Source of the DNA: Octopus bimaculoides
Lineage: Eukaryota
DNA: 64,000 nucleotides
NCBI RefSeq assembly: GCF_001194135.2
Contig: NC_068986.1
Coordinates: 66,379,504 to 66,443,503 of the forward strand
Reading direction: 5' to 3'
Shown: in pieces, positions 51,773 through 64,000 of the stretch
How the letters are laid out: each line of letters opens with the position of its first letter
Position numbering within the stretch: position 1 is the stretch's first letter
Position numbers and translations under genes: made by a program
Notes under the pieces: model-generated
The model's input: the letters and a program-made list of their open reading frames with translations, nothing else
What the model was told of the DNA's origin: nothing
Databases searched by the model: none

Positions 51773-53000
51773 TCTATATATATATAAAATTGAGAATGTG
51801 TGAATCCCTAAAACTCCAGAACTACACAACCAATTTCATTCAAATTTTACACANNNNNNNNNNNNNNNNNNNNNNNNNNNNNNNNNNNNNNNNNNNNNNN
51901 NNNNNNNNNNNNNNNNNNNNNNNNNNNNNNNNNNNNNNNNNNNNNNNNNNNNNNNNNNNNNNNNNNNNNNNNNNNNNNNNNNNNNNNNNNNNNNNNNNNN
52001 NNNNNNNNNNNNNNNNNNNNNNNNNNNNNNNNNNNNNNNNNNNNNNNNNNNNNNNNNNNNNNNNNNNNNNNNNNNNNNNNNNNNNNNNNNNNNNNNNNNN
52101 NNNNNNNNNNNNNNNNNNNNNNNNNNNNNNNNNNNNNNNNNNNNNNNNNNNNNNNNNNNNNNNNNNNNNNNNNNNNNNNNNNNNNNNNNNNNNNNNNNNN
52201 NNNNNNNNNNNNNNNNNNNNNNNNNNNNNNNNNNNNNNNNNNNNNNNNNNNNNNNNNNNNNNNNNNNNNNNNNNNNNNNNNNNNNNNNNNNNNNNNNNNN
52301 NNNNNNNNNNNNNNNNNNNNNNNNNNNNNNNNNNNNNNNNNNNNNNNNNNNNNNNNNNNNNNNNNNNNNNNNNNNNNNNNNNNNNNNNNNNNNNNNNNNC
52401 AACCTTTTTCGCGATTTGGCTTCCCTTGGACATTGAAAATATTTATTTCGGCTCTCCTGTGTTGATGAAAAATTTAATCCAGCTTCCCATGTATCTGAGA
52501 TAGACTGGCCGGCCCATGACAAATCTGACAAAAGGGGGGACCCACAGAACTACCAGCTCACGAACTGCATATGAAAGTTGGCGCGCCAATCATGCTGCTA
52601 AGGAATTTAGATGCTTCAATAATGTGCAATGGTACGCGGATGATTATCAAAAAATTGTGCTCCCGAGTTCTGTAGGCAACAATCTTGAATGAACCAGCCG
52701 TTGGCTAAGACATACTTGCAACTACCATGTCCTTTACCCACTCCAATACGACCTACAAGTTTAAACAGATGCAATTTCCCATCAAACTCTGCTTTCCCAT
52801 GACAATCAACAAGGCGCAGGGACAATCAGTGCAAGCGGTTGGTTTAAATCTGACAGAGCAAGTATTCTCACAGGCACAACTGTACCTTGGCTGTCCCCAT
52901 GGTCTTTCTATTTGTGCACCCGAGGGAAGGACGAGGAATGTTGTCTACCAAGAGGCACTCCAATGATTACGGCAACTTGAGCTGCTCCAATTTCAACTCT
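51773..53000 (+). mobile_element. Helitron remnant: 5' end plus PIF1-like helicase C-terminus, spanning an assembly gap
   Basis: A|TCTATATATATAAAATTGA 5' end at 51773. After the gap: LPAHELHMKVGAPIMLLRNL, QFPIKLCFPMTINKAQGQS, VFSQAQLY and TRNVVYQEAL. Confidence 0.85.
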
Positions 53001-53691
53001 GCAATTTTTTCATCGTCCTGCTAGCCCACGTAAGTCCAGTCTTGCTTTGCTCTCCTTACTAACTCACCATGACATTCTTTTTTTTCTACCAAGACATTTC
53101 TGAACATAACTGTTACATGTTAAGTAATATTGGACTAGTATCAAATTTATGTAAAGTTATTGTCATTATGTGTAAGCCATAATATAAACAGATAGTACGT
53201 TTAGAGCTGAATCTCATACTTAAGCTGTCCTACTTTTTAGATTCAAGTATATAATATTTCCAAGTCCAAAATTTGAAATCCTTCCAGTTCCAAGCATTTC
53301 AGATATACTTTCATGTTTACAAATGAAAGAAGTCAGTACATTAAAGAATTTATATTTATTAGGAATCAAATGATGATTGTTTGTATTACTACTTGAAGTT
53401 TCATGCACATTCTACACGCATGATCAATCAGGCAATATAAGGCAAATGAATGAAGCTTTACCATTATACAGTATAAACTCCTGGCAAATGTAAAAATTAA
53501 ACCCCCAACTTTGCTGCCTATAAACACCGCAAATACAGAATCAAAGAAACTTGATTTCCATTCCTAGCTAAAAATAAAAGACCCTGTGAACCACCTTAAG
53601 ATGAATAAACCTTATATCACTTTTAAGGACCACAAAGCTAATTTCCTCTCAAGCCCCAAATATAGGTTAATCAACACCCCAGAATTGAATT

Positions 53692-53731
<40 letters not shown>

Positions 53732-53741
53732 NNNNNNNNNN

Positions 53742-53778
<37 letters not shown>

Positions 53779-54979
53779 AATAAATGCATGCTTAATGTAA
53801 TTAGCCTCTAAATTCAGCGTGACATGAGACTAGAACAATGAAACTGCAGTACTACAATTGTTAAATGAATGCATGTCTTTGAAAACAAACCACTCTTCTG
53901 AGTATTCTTGTCTTGACATTATGCAATAATTGTAAATGAGTCACTGTCATACACGCATATTCTTCATTTTCAATCTTTTGTGAAAACATGTTTGGCTATA
54001 TAGAAATATTACCTTGCCAGGAAACAGGTGATGGTTGGCAACTAGAAGGGTATCTAACCATAGAAAATTTGTCTCAAAGAATTCTGTCTCCCATGCAAGC
54101 ATGAAAAGTGAACATTAAAACCCCAACATTGATGACAAGGAGGATGATGCATAAAAATACCAACCATAATTAGCAATGTTGCAGCTGGTATAAGTAGGAG
54201 AGGCTGTATTCTATCCTCAGACAGAAGCATCATTAACTGGGTCAGCTGGAAGTGACTTCAGCAATATGCCCACATAATATTAATGATTAGGGAAAAAAGA
54301 AAACATGTCTGTGTTGAAATTTGCAGATACTCCACCCAAATTATAGCTTTAGCTTTGTACCTGTAATTATCGGGATACTCTGATACATAACTAAATTAGC
54401 ATTAATCTTGAGAAACCAAGTTTCAGAAAATCAAAATGAATATGGCTGATTAAGAAATTACAGTTGTGAGGTATTAATGGAACTGTGAAAATGTGTAAAG
54501 CATTCCAGAAGTTTAACATATAATGAGAACATTTACACTCAAGTAGAGATACAAGCATATGTTTATGTACACATGCATAAGTTAAGACATATACATATAT
54601 ACATATAATGGCATCAAGGCTGAAACATTCTTACATGCATGCGTAACACACATACTCACATACATGAATGCACACACAAGTGTGTTGATGAACCAATCAG
54701 AATCTTGTTTCTGAGTCAGAGACAACAAATTTTAAAAATATAAACTCCCAAAGAACATGCATACACAAAAAGCCACACATTTACACACATAAAAACAATA
54801 TTCATATGAAAATACCCACAAAGATGATACCTAAACATCTATAATGTAAATATACACATAATATAAATAAATATAGACATACACCACACTCAGTTGATAT
54901 AAACATACACAATACACATACACATATATAAATACTTATATACATAAACAGCCACAGAAATAATACAAATGGACATATA

Positions 54980-55858
54980 TTAGGTGTTATCAAAAAGTTC
55001 CCAGACTAGTTATGTTCTAATTAAGTTTAATAAAAAATAACTCATTTACCTAAGTTTTAACATCATCTCCTTCTAAATAGTCACATTCCACAGCAATACA
55101 CTGGTCCCAGTGTTCCTGTCACTTTTGGAATCTGGCCTAGAAGTTGTTTTCCAAAAGCGATTCACTCTGGATCTCAACAATGGTGTTAAAATGATGACCT
55201 TTGAGCTGCATTTTCATTTTGGGGAAGAGATGGAAGTCTGCAGGTACTAAATCTGGTGAATAGGACAGGTGCAGAAGTGACACCATGTTGTTTTTGGTGA
55301 GAGACTCACAAGCGAGGAGAGCTCAGTAACTGGGTGCATTGTTGTGAAAAATCCAATTCTTCATGCTCCACAGATCTAGCTGATATCCTCAAATGTCCTC
55401 CCTCAAACACTTTAAAACATTGCAGTAGAACTTTTAATTGACAGTCTGGCCCTGGGGGATAAATTCTCAATGCACAATACTATGTTTCCAGGTCTGATGC
55501 TTATGGCAGGTCTTCCAGATCACTCATCATCTTCCAGTGGTGTTCTTCCACTTTTGAAGTGCCCGTGCTACTCAAAACATTGTGTACAACCCATTGCTTT
55601 GTCACCATAAGCTTGCCAAAGCATGCTCAATGTCTCTGTAGCAGACTTCCCAAATTTAACACAAAATTTCACATTCACTCCCTGTTCTTATCCATGACAA
55701 AATCACAGACAACAGCATACTCATGATCACAAAAACACAAATTTCACAACTTGTAAACACAGTGATGTCACTTGGCACACTGCCTCATGAAGGTCATTGC
55801 TAGCTCTCACTGTGAATAATATCATGTTGGTGTGCAGGAACTTTTTGATACCACCTTG
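54980..55858 (-). mobile_element. Internally deleted mariner element (879 bp)
   Basis: TA-flanked TIRs (t/c)(t/a)AGGTG(t/g)TATCAAAAAGTTCC. The minus strand encodes VKFCVKFGKSATETLSML...EDDExSGRP and YSPDLVPADFHLFPKMK. Confidence 0.88.
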
Positions 55859-57689
55859 TATATATATATATTTATATNNNNNNNNNNNNNNNNNNNNNNN
55901 NNNNNNNNNNNNNNNNNNNNNNNNNNNNNNNNNNNNNNNNNNNNNNNNNNNNNNNNNNNNNNNNNNNNNNNNNNNNNNATATATATATATATATATAACA
56001 TTTTGATTCAACTCTTCTTAAATAATATATGCAACTGCTAGTGAATGTGTTGAGTGCCACTTTCTCCCATTTGCCTTCTCCCTCGTGTGTGTATGTATAT
56101 TTATATATATATATATATATAGATAGATATGATAAGCTTCCTTAGGTTTTGTCTACCAAATCTACTCACAAGGCTTTGATTGGACACAGGGCTTTAGTAG
56201 CAGACACTTGCTCAAGGTCCTACACAATGAGACTGAACCTGGAACCATGTGGCCTGGAAGCAAACTTCTTACTACACAGCCATGTTTGTGCCCATAATAT
56301 ATTCAATATATTTCTATAAATCAGATTTAAATGGTCGTTTTGGTAGATAGGATATATTTAATATGTTTTTGAGTTGATGGAAACCACAAAAGAGGGATAC
56401 AAAGGAATACATGGTGAAGGCTACTCTGAAGATGCTGCATCTCACAGACCAGATGATTAAGGATCATACTCATTGTTGATGTGCAATGCTGAAAATGCCC
56501 AACCACCTACAGCAAAACATAACCTGACATGAGAGAGTGTTTAGAAGCTCAGATACTTTATACTCTGCCAAGCATACATCACACATCTTGCTATCCACCA
56601 CCCTTTGAATGCTTGAAGCACCCCCATCTTCCATCACCCTATGGTTCTCATACTTCTCACCATTGGACCGTCTTCATTCTGCCTAGAGGCATATATATAA
56701 CAGACCATCCTCATGCCTCTGTAACTCCTCTCTAGTGCATATCCTTTACCTTCTTTGCCCTTCTCTGCCATCACACTCTCCCAACCTTAGGGCCACTTCT
56801 ATCAGCACCTATCATCCATAATAAATGCACTCAGTACAATCTTGTAAAGTGGTTGGTATCCACCCATAGAACCAAGCTGAATGACATATACAAGCACCAA
56901 TGTATGGATGCAGCAGCTCCCAATAAGAAATGACTCAGACCATGACAACATGTCCAATTCTTGATAGCACAGAAAGTGGACATAAAAATGATTATGATGA
57001 TTTCTATAATATTGATTTCAAATTTTGGCACTAGGCCATTAATTTCAGAGGAGGGAATAAGTCAATTACCCCACCCACTTTGTGTTCAACTAGTGTTTAT
57101 TTTGTTGACCCTGAAAGGATGAAAGGCAAAGTCAACCTCTGCAGATTTTAAATTAAACATTAAGATGGACGAAATTTTGCCTGGTGTGCTAACAATTCTG
57201 CCACCTCGCCATCTTCATGATTTCTATAATATTGGATGTTAATTGTGGAGATTTGGTTGGTCTGAGATATATAATATAATTCTATGTAATGGATATAGAT
57301 GTAGGCACTTGATAAATAGGATATATTTAATATATTTTCATATCCATTTATTTCATCTATCCATCTTCTCCATCCACTTTTCTTAGAAGGGTTATGGGTC
57401 CTCAGGCACCTTCTCCATTGGATTCTAGCAGAAGCAACCATTATTACACTTTCCAGCTGGATTCCCAAGTGTGACCAACTGAGATTATAGATATTACCCA
57501 ACCATCTCATTCTTGGTCTACTCCTAGGTCTTCTGACAATTAGCTCTGTTTAAAGAATCTGGCTTGCGATTCTTTCTTGAGACATCCTAATCCCATGTCA
57601 ATTAAATCCAAAACATATTACATGTGATTAAAATATATTTATATATATTTGATATAATTGTGAAGATATAATAGAGAGGACATATTTGT

Positions 57690-58070
57690 GGTAAGAAGTT
57701 AGATACAGGCATGGATGTGTGGTAAGAAGTTTGTTTCTGGGTTCAGTCTTACTGCATGGCCCCTGAGGCAGGTGTCTTCTAGTATAGCCTTGAGTCAACC
57801 AAAGTCTTATGAGTGGATTCGGTAGATGGAAACTGAAAGAAGCCTGTTGTGTGTCTGTGTTTGTTTTCCACCTCCCACTGATTGACAACCAGTGCTGGTG
57901 TGTAACTTATTTCTGTAACTTAGCAGTTCAGCATATGAGACCGATAGGATAAGTACCAGGTTTTTAAAAAATAACTACTAGGGTTGATTCATCAATTAAA
58001 AATTCTTCAAGGCAGTGCCCTGGCATGGCCACAATCTAATAACTGAAACAAATAAAAGATGAAAGATAAT
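57690..58070 (+). mobile_element. tRNA-derived SINE with CORE-like segment
   Basis: tgtgtggtaagaag...gggttcagtc...ggcaggtgtcttct...ggaaactgaaagaagcc, with an AAAG-rich tail. Other copies at about 1680-1992 (+), 19530-19640 (+), 24770-25060 (-), 56120-56290 (-), 59446-59853 (-) and 63165-63335 (+). Confidence 0.7.
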
Positions 58071-58269
58071 AGATATAACTATGGACATTTGAGAGATAGG
58101 ATATATTTCATATGTTATCTACAGTTTAGGTTATTGGACATTTAGTAAAAAGAATATATTTAATATGTTTCTATATATATATTAGATATAAAAGGATCTT
58201 TTTCAAGTTCAAATCCCATGCAACACTGACTTCTCTCCTTTTTATTTATATCTACTTTATCCATTGTCC

Positions 58270-58630
58270 TGTGGAGGCCCAGTGGTTAGGGCAGCGGACC
58301 CGCGGTTTTGATTCCCAGACTGAGCGTTGTGAGTGTTTATTGAGCGAAAACACCTAAAGCTCCACGAGGCTCCGGCAGGGGATGGTGGCGAACCCTGCTG
58401 TACTCTTTCACCACAACTTTCTCTCACTTCTTGTTTCTGTTGTGCCTGTAATTCAAAGGGTCAGCCTTGTTGCACTGTGTCACGCTGAATATCCCCGAGA
58501 ACTACATTAAGGGTACACGTGTCTGTGGAGTGCTCAGCCACTTGCATGTTAATTTCATGAGCAGGCTATTCCATTGATCGGATCAACTGGAACCCCCGAT
58601 GTCGTAAGCGACAGAGTGCTAACAACAACA
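58270..58630 (+). mobile_element. tRNA-derived SINE (361 bp) with (AAC)n tail and 11-bp TSD
   Basis: A-box-like cagtggttagg and B-box-like ggttttgattccc; ATCCATTGTCC at 58259-58269 and 58631-58641. Confidence 0.85.
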
Positions 58631-59004
58631 ATCCATTGTCCATCAATGTTCATGTTTATACTCAATCTATAGAATGTATAGAATTGCATTTAAATATATA
58701 GTCACATAACATTCCTATTTTAATTAGAAATACATTAATTTAATAGTTCCTTTTTCTTTAATTTCGGTAGGAACATATATTATTAATACCTATTTCATGC
58801 TTTCAGCATTATTTGTTAATGGAATATCCTTTCATTTAAAGATAAATGGCAATTATTTATGAATTGGTGTTCATATTTATCTTGGTTATAATTTTCAACA
58901 GAATCGGTTTCTGTATCCAAATTGCACCAATTATCTGATGCAAACCAAAGACACAGAACTTATATGCTAATAATAATTATAGTAACTGAAGTAAAGGCGG
59001 CAGC

Positions 59005-59016
59005 AGTAGCAGTAGC

Positions 59017-59061
<45 letters not shown>
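59005..59061. repeat. (GTA)n microsatellite abutting the R4/Dong fragment
   Basis: Read directly from the sequence. Confidence 0.95.
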
Positions 59062-59665
59062 CAGCCCACCAGAAACTATCAAGCAAGCTTTCTTAAAAAC
59101 AGTGCTGATCCAGTCTGCTGCTTTTGTGATTCAACCAGGGAAACAATTGACTACCTGATCTCTGGTTGCTTTATGCTAACCTTAAATGAATATGTTGATT
59201 GCCATGATGGACTTGGCCAATATTTGCACTGGATCACATGCCATAAGTCTGGACTCCCATATGAGAAGAAATGGTAGAAATGTAAACCTGCCAAAATAGA
59301 AAATAAAGAAATCACTGTTCTTTGAGACTTCAGTATCCAAACTGATTGTACTATACCAGCCAATAGACCAAGTATTGTGGAAAAAGGTCACGTTGACAGA
59401 ACATGTCTGCTCATGGATACGTCAATCCCAGCAGACTGCAACACTTTTATTCTTTCATTCTTTCACTTGTTTCAGTCATTTGACTGTAGCATCACTTCAA
59501 CGGGTTTTGATCAAAGAAATTGACCCTAAGACTTATTCTTTGTAAGCCTAGTACTTATTCTATCAGTTTCTTTTGCCGAACTGCTAAGTTGCGGGAACAT
59601 AAACACACCAGCACTAGTTGTCAAGTGATGGCAGGGGGACAAACACAGACACACATATATATATT

Positions 59666-59703
<38 letters not shown>

Positions 59704-60235
59704 TATGATGGGCTTCTTTCAGTTTCCATCTATCAAATCCACTCCAAGGCTTTGGTCAGCCCAAGGCTATAGTAGAAGACACCTGTCTAAGGTGCTACAC
59801 CCTGGGACTGAACCTAGAACCGTATGGTTGGGAAGTAAGCATCTTACCAAACAACCTATAAAATTATTTGATAAAAATTGAGTAAATATAAGGACTTTGA
59901 TATAAAGGTCACAAAAATGTAGCATCTACTTGTAATCATCAGTGCTTTGGGGACAATACCAAAGGGTGTTCTTAAACATTATGGCCAAAAACCAGGAAAC
60001 ACAAAGCATCAATACAAGAAATTGTTCTCAGGGCTACTGCCCCTCTACTATTGTTCTCATGGCTACAATATCATTGCTAATCATAAATGTCATTCATACT
60101 AAAACATCCAGCTTGCTATTACTTGAGATTTCTGGATGGACCAGGAACAGTTCATATAAAACGAAGCAACAATAAAATTATAATAATGATAATAATAACA
60201 ATAATAATAACACCAACAACAATAACAATAATAAT
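59062..60235 (+). mobile_element. 5'-truncated R4/Dong-clade non-LTR retrotransposon (restriction-like endonuclease), interrupted by a SINE, with (TAA)n-like tail
   Basis: CCFCDSTRETIDYLISGC zinc knuckle, YLHWITC, DFSIQTD..IPANRP...DTSIP (PD-D/ExK region). Resumes after 59853 with KYKDFDIK and IISALGTIPK; tail at about 60165-60235. Confidence 0.88.
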
Positions 60236-60839
60236 TCTAAAACTTACAGATATATACAACACAGAAAATTGTACTACTAAACACAGACATGTTAATGAAA
60301 TGAAATTCACAAGGTGATTAAGAATTTAAAATGTATATAAAGTTATTATTTTTTATTGTCTTGTAATTGTATTTTTATATATTTTTAATATATAAAATTT
60401 ACCATTTTGTCTTCAATAAAATTTTAATATATTAAAAGCACCCATTACACTCTCAGGATAGTTGGTGTTAGGAAGGGCATCCAGCTGTAAAAAAACCATG
60501 CCAAATCAGACTGGAGTCTGGTACGGCCTTCCAGCGTGCCAGCCCAGTCAAACTGTCCAATCCATGCCAGATGTTAAATGATGATAATGATGATGATGAT
60601 CATCATCATTATCATCATCATTATTTTATATATTCTTGGAAAGTGTTATAATAAAATATTCATTGTCCTGATCATGGAACAACATAACAGTAATTCTGTT
60701 TAATTGCCTGTGCATACCTAGATCAACTGACTTGCTAGTCTGGGGACAGGTGGCAATATAAACATCAGCACAGTTGACCAGTATCCTGGAATCCCTGACT
60801 TGTGACAGTTAACAGTGAGGTGAGTGCATAATAAATGCA

Positions 60840-61190
60840 TTAGAGAGGTGTGTGGTGAAGGCTGTCATGAGAAGCTGGAAGGTGTGAAGGAGAGATAGAG
60901 AAAGTGGAGACAAAATACTCATTGATAAGCTCAACTAACCTCAACTGACAAACTGATAATGAATGATGAATTCAAAAACAAAAGCAACAAACGTCAGAGA
61001 CATTCAAAGTGAATATTATTAGCTTGATACTTGATGAAAGTTTTAGAGGGAAAATTAAAAGTAAAAAAATGATGTTTCAGGCATAGCCCCTCATCAGAGA
61101 ATAAAGTCCAGAGAAGAGGAAAAGGTGAAAGGAAGAGACAGAAATGGAGACTGGGAGAAAAGCACATGGGTACTGACATGAAAAATGACC
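60840..61190 (-). mobile_element. Penelope-like element terminal fragment with hammerhead-like core
   Basis: The minus strand reads ctCTGATGAggggctatgcctGAAAC at 61097-61074; the translation SDEGLCLKH resembles typical PLE 3' ends. Confidence 0.5.
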
Positions 61191-61379
61191 TCTACTGACC
61201 TTGGTTGTTAACTAGTTTATATTGATGCTAAAGGGACTTTTGATTCATCCTTATACTATGTATACAACTCCACAACCACCAAAATAAAAGTGGAGGCACG
61301 TGGCTTAGTGGTTAGGGTATCGGACTCAGGATTGTAAGAAAAATTGCATTGAGTGAGCATCTCTAGCCTTTTCTACAAG

Positions 61380-61870
61380 ATGATATACTCAGTAATGGTA
61401 GAAGTGGAGATTGTGGAAGAATATGTAAGAACAGATTTTGTTAAGCAAACAAGTGAAATTTTGGAAGTCAAGTTTTTGAGTAATGGCTTACCAGCAAAGA
61501 GTATGATACAACTATTGGTTAAGAAGTGATGCACTATGAAGTCAGTGCACAATGCCCCAAAACAAAGAAACCCTACAGTTTGAATGCTGAAACTTATTCA
61601 AGATATTCACCACAGGTTTACTTGAAGTCCAAAGAAATCAACTCATAAACTGGTGCAACAGTCTCACATATGCAGGCGGTCATGCCAACAGGTGTTGAAA
61701 AATCTAAAGTTGAAGCCATATCATTTTATATGTGTACAGCAATTAAAGGGACGATAAGAGCAAAACAAGTAAATTACTACTCATAGCTTCCAAATTGCAG
61801 TTAAAAATGATCAAAATAACACAATGACACTTGCAAACAAAAGGCTGGGTGGTTTTCCATGTGTGTAAAT
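61380..61870 (+). mobile_element. Tc1/mariner-superfamily transposase N-terminal remnant (DUF4817-type HTH)
   Basis: MIYSVMVEVEIVEEYVRT...PAKSMIQLLVKK, then SPKKSTHKL...LKLKPYHFICVQQLK; stops present. Confidence 0.65.
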
Positions 61871-63342
61871 CTTTTTTTATATTTACACTTATGCTATAAT
61901 ACCTTAGCTACTTTTTCATGCACTACCTTGTATATGAAAGAAAAGGAAACCTAGAATTATCTTTCCTTGTTTCCATAACTTTGGGTATCAAAAGGGTTAG
62001 CCCTTTTGCTACTAACCTGCCTGAGACTGCCAGTTTCAAACACATCTCAGTTTCAAACACATCTAAATTAAAACCTTCCATCAGAATTTCCTTTAATTTA
62101 TGTTCCAAACATCTGCTTAATAATGATAGATATTTTATTAAATCCTAAATTATTTTCAAAATTAATTAAAATAAAGGTGGTAATATTTCAGCAGAAATAT
62201 GGTAGCAAAATAGTTAACAGAGACTTAAGTTAATCCCAAGAGGCTCCTTCTTCCCCACAAATGCCACACAATCTCTGCTTTGGTGGCCCCCTTGAAAAAT
62301 GCTTAGATTTCATAGATCAGTATTATGTAACGGATGTACAATGTTGATAGTGAATAAACAGTTAAGAGATAAATTACCGGTGGCTAAGAGAGGAGGGTGT
62401 AGGTAAGTTATTTTATTGGTGAAGAGCCAAAGTTGAGTATATCAGAAGAACAATGACAAACTGTCAGTCTAAGACTGGTATTATCATATGATTTGATTTC
62501 TATTCAGGTAACATCCAACTCTACAGGAGAGGGAGCCTCTACACAGTCAGATTGGTTACATGACCTACTAGAAAGAGCAAATAAGACATATTCTCTCATG
62601 AGGGCAAGAGACATTGGAAAATGTAGCTCTCAATTAACTGTTTGAAACCAAAAGATGTCATAGCCATTGCAGTAAGACTTTCATCATAAGGCTACTCAGT
62701 CAAGGTTGACCAGAAATTAAAGAACAACACACTAGTGTAGTGTGAGATAGATATTGATTTCAAATTTTGGCACAAGGCCAGCAAGTTTGGGGGAAGGGGC
62801 TAATCAATTACATCGACCCCAGTACACAACTGGTGCTTATTTTATTGACCCTGAAAGGATGAAAGGCAAAGTTGGTCTTGGTGGAATTTGAACTCAGAAT
62901 GTAAAGACAGACAAAACACAGCTAAGCATTTTGTCTATTATGCAAATGATTCTGTGAGCTCACCACTTTAATGTGAGCTAGATATTAATTAATTGTAAAA
63001 GGTGAGCCCATCTTGAATATGTAACTATTCCTATACACTTGATACCATGAAAAGAAGGAAATAAAATTCATTTTAATCCACCAATATGTCCTTGCTTCAT
63101 CAGTGTCCTAGATATAACCCAACCTAAGGATTAATTAAGTTAAAATAAATTAATTTAATAAGCGCACAGGATGCAGGCATGGCTGCGTAGTAAGAAGCTT
63201 GCTTCCCAATCACATGGTTTCTGGTTCAGTTCTACTGCATAACACTTTAGACAAGTGTCTCCTTCTATAGGCTTGGGCCAATCAAAGCTTTGGGAGTGAA
63301 TTTGGTTGATGGAAACTGAAAGAAGCCCATCATATATACATA

Positions 63343-64000
63343 TGAGGTACTAAAAAAAAAAACTAGAAATATCCACTGTGGGACAAGTCCGTTGTACTTC
63401 AGGTTTCTATCACCAGCAGCCACTTGATGCAACCCTCAGGCATCAGTCTGCCAACCAGCGTTGTCCAATGGAGTCGTACTGCCATATGGTACATCATTGT
63501 TTTGCAATGCTTCTCTCATTCGTTGATTTTTGCAATGGCTAAAATGAAGGAACAGCATGCTTCCATGAAATTCTGTTTTCTGCTGGGGAAAACAGTGGCC
63601 AAAACAGTTATGCTTCAAACAGCTTACGAGAACACTACCATGAGCAAAACACAAGTTTATGAGTGGTTTTCACGTTTTAGGAATGGTCACATGTTGCTTG
63701 AAGACCAGCCTCGTTCAGGGCAACTGTCAATTTCCTGAACAAATGAAAAGATCAAGAAAATTCATGAACTGATTTTGGAGGACCGTCACTGAACAATTGA
63801 CAAACTTCTTGATATGACTGGTGTGTCCTAGAGCTCCTGCCAATGAATTGTGAGCAAGGAATTGCAAATGATATGAGTTGCAGTAAAATTTGTGCCTCGC
63901 TTGCTCACAGATCAAAAGCAGTCGTGGCTGAATGTGTGTCATGAACTGGAAGAACAGTTGGAAGTTGATCCAGACCATATTTTGAAGGTCATCACTGGTG
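63343..64000 (+). mobile_element. Decayed mariner element running off the window end
   Basis: Starts TA|TGAGGT. Translates to KEQHASMKFCFLLGKT...KTQVYEWFSRFRNG...EDQPRSG, then KFVPRLLT...ITG. Confidence 0.88.

Noticed and set aside
61290-61335. tRNA-like sequence ggaggcacgtggcttagtggttagggtatcggactc
   Set aside because: It is a truncated SINE head with no T-arm or acceptor stem, not a tRNA gene.

Overview
AT-rich, repeat-dense animal genomic DNA with six N gaps. The repeat families resemble those I associate with octopus/coleoid cephalopods; this is an inference, not a database match. The only complete host gene is UBE2N (Ubc13/bendless) on the minus strand: five coding exons (42499-42470, 18437-18336, 7123-6979, 2694-2554, 414-374) with canonical GT-AG introns, splicing to a 152-aa E2 with HPN at 77-79 and catalytic Cys87. 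It is missing from the ORF track because of the introns. The rest is introns and upstream DNA filled with decayed transposons: mariner/Tc1, hAT Buster, Helitron, RTE and R4/Dong LINEs, several SINE families and piggyBac-type MITEs. The most unusual observations are: a 702-bp TIR element with a TATA duplication carrying a truncated SAP-domain ORF in intron 3; four fold-back structures (40-480 nt) in intron 2 and another near exon 1; a GG...CC MITE with an 8-bp TSD; a hammerhead-like core in a Penelope-like fragment; and a CpG-rich domain around the promoter with a possible divergent plus-strand first exon. None of these is demonstrated to be a novel functional system; most could be transposon relics.
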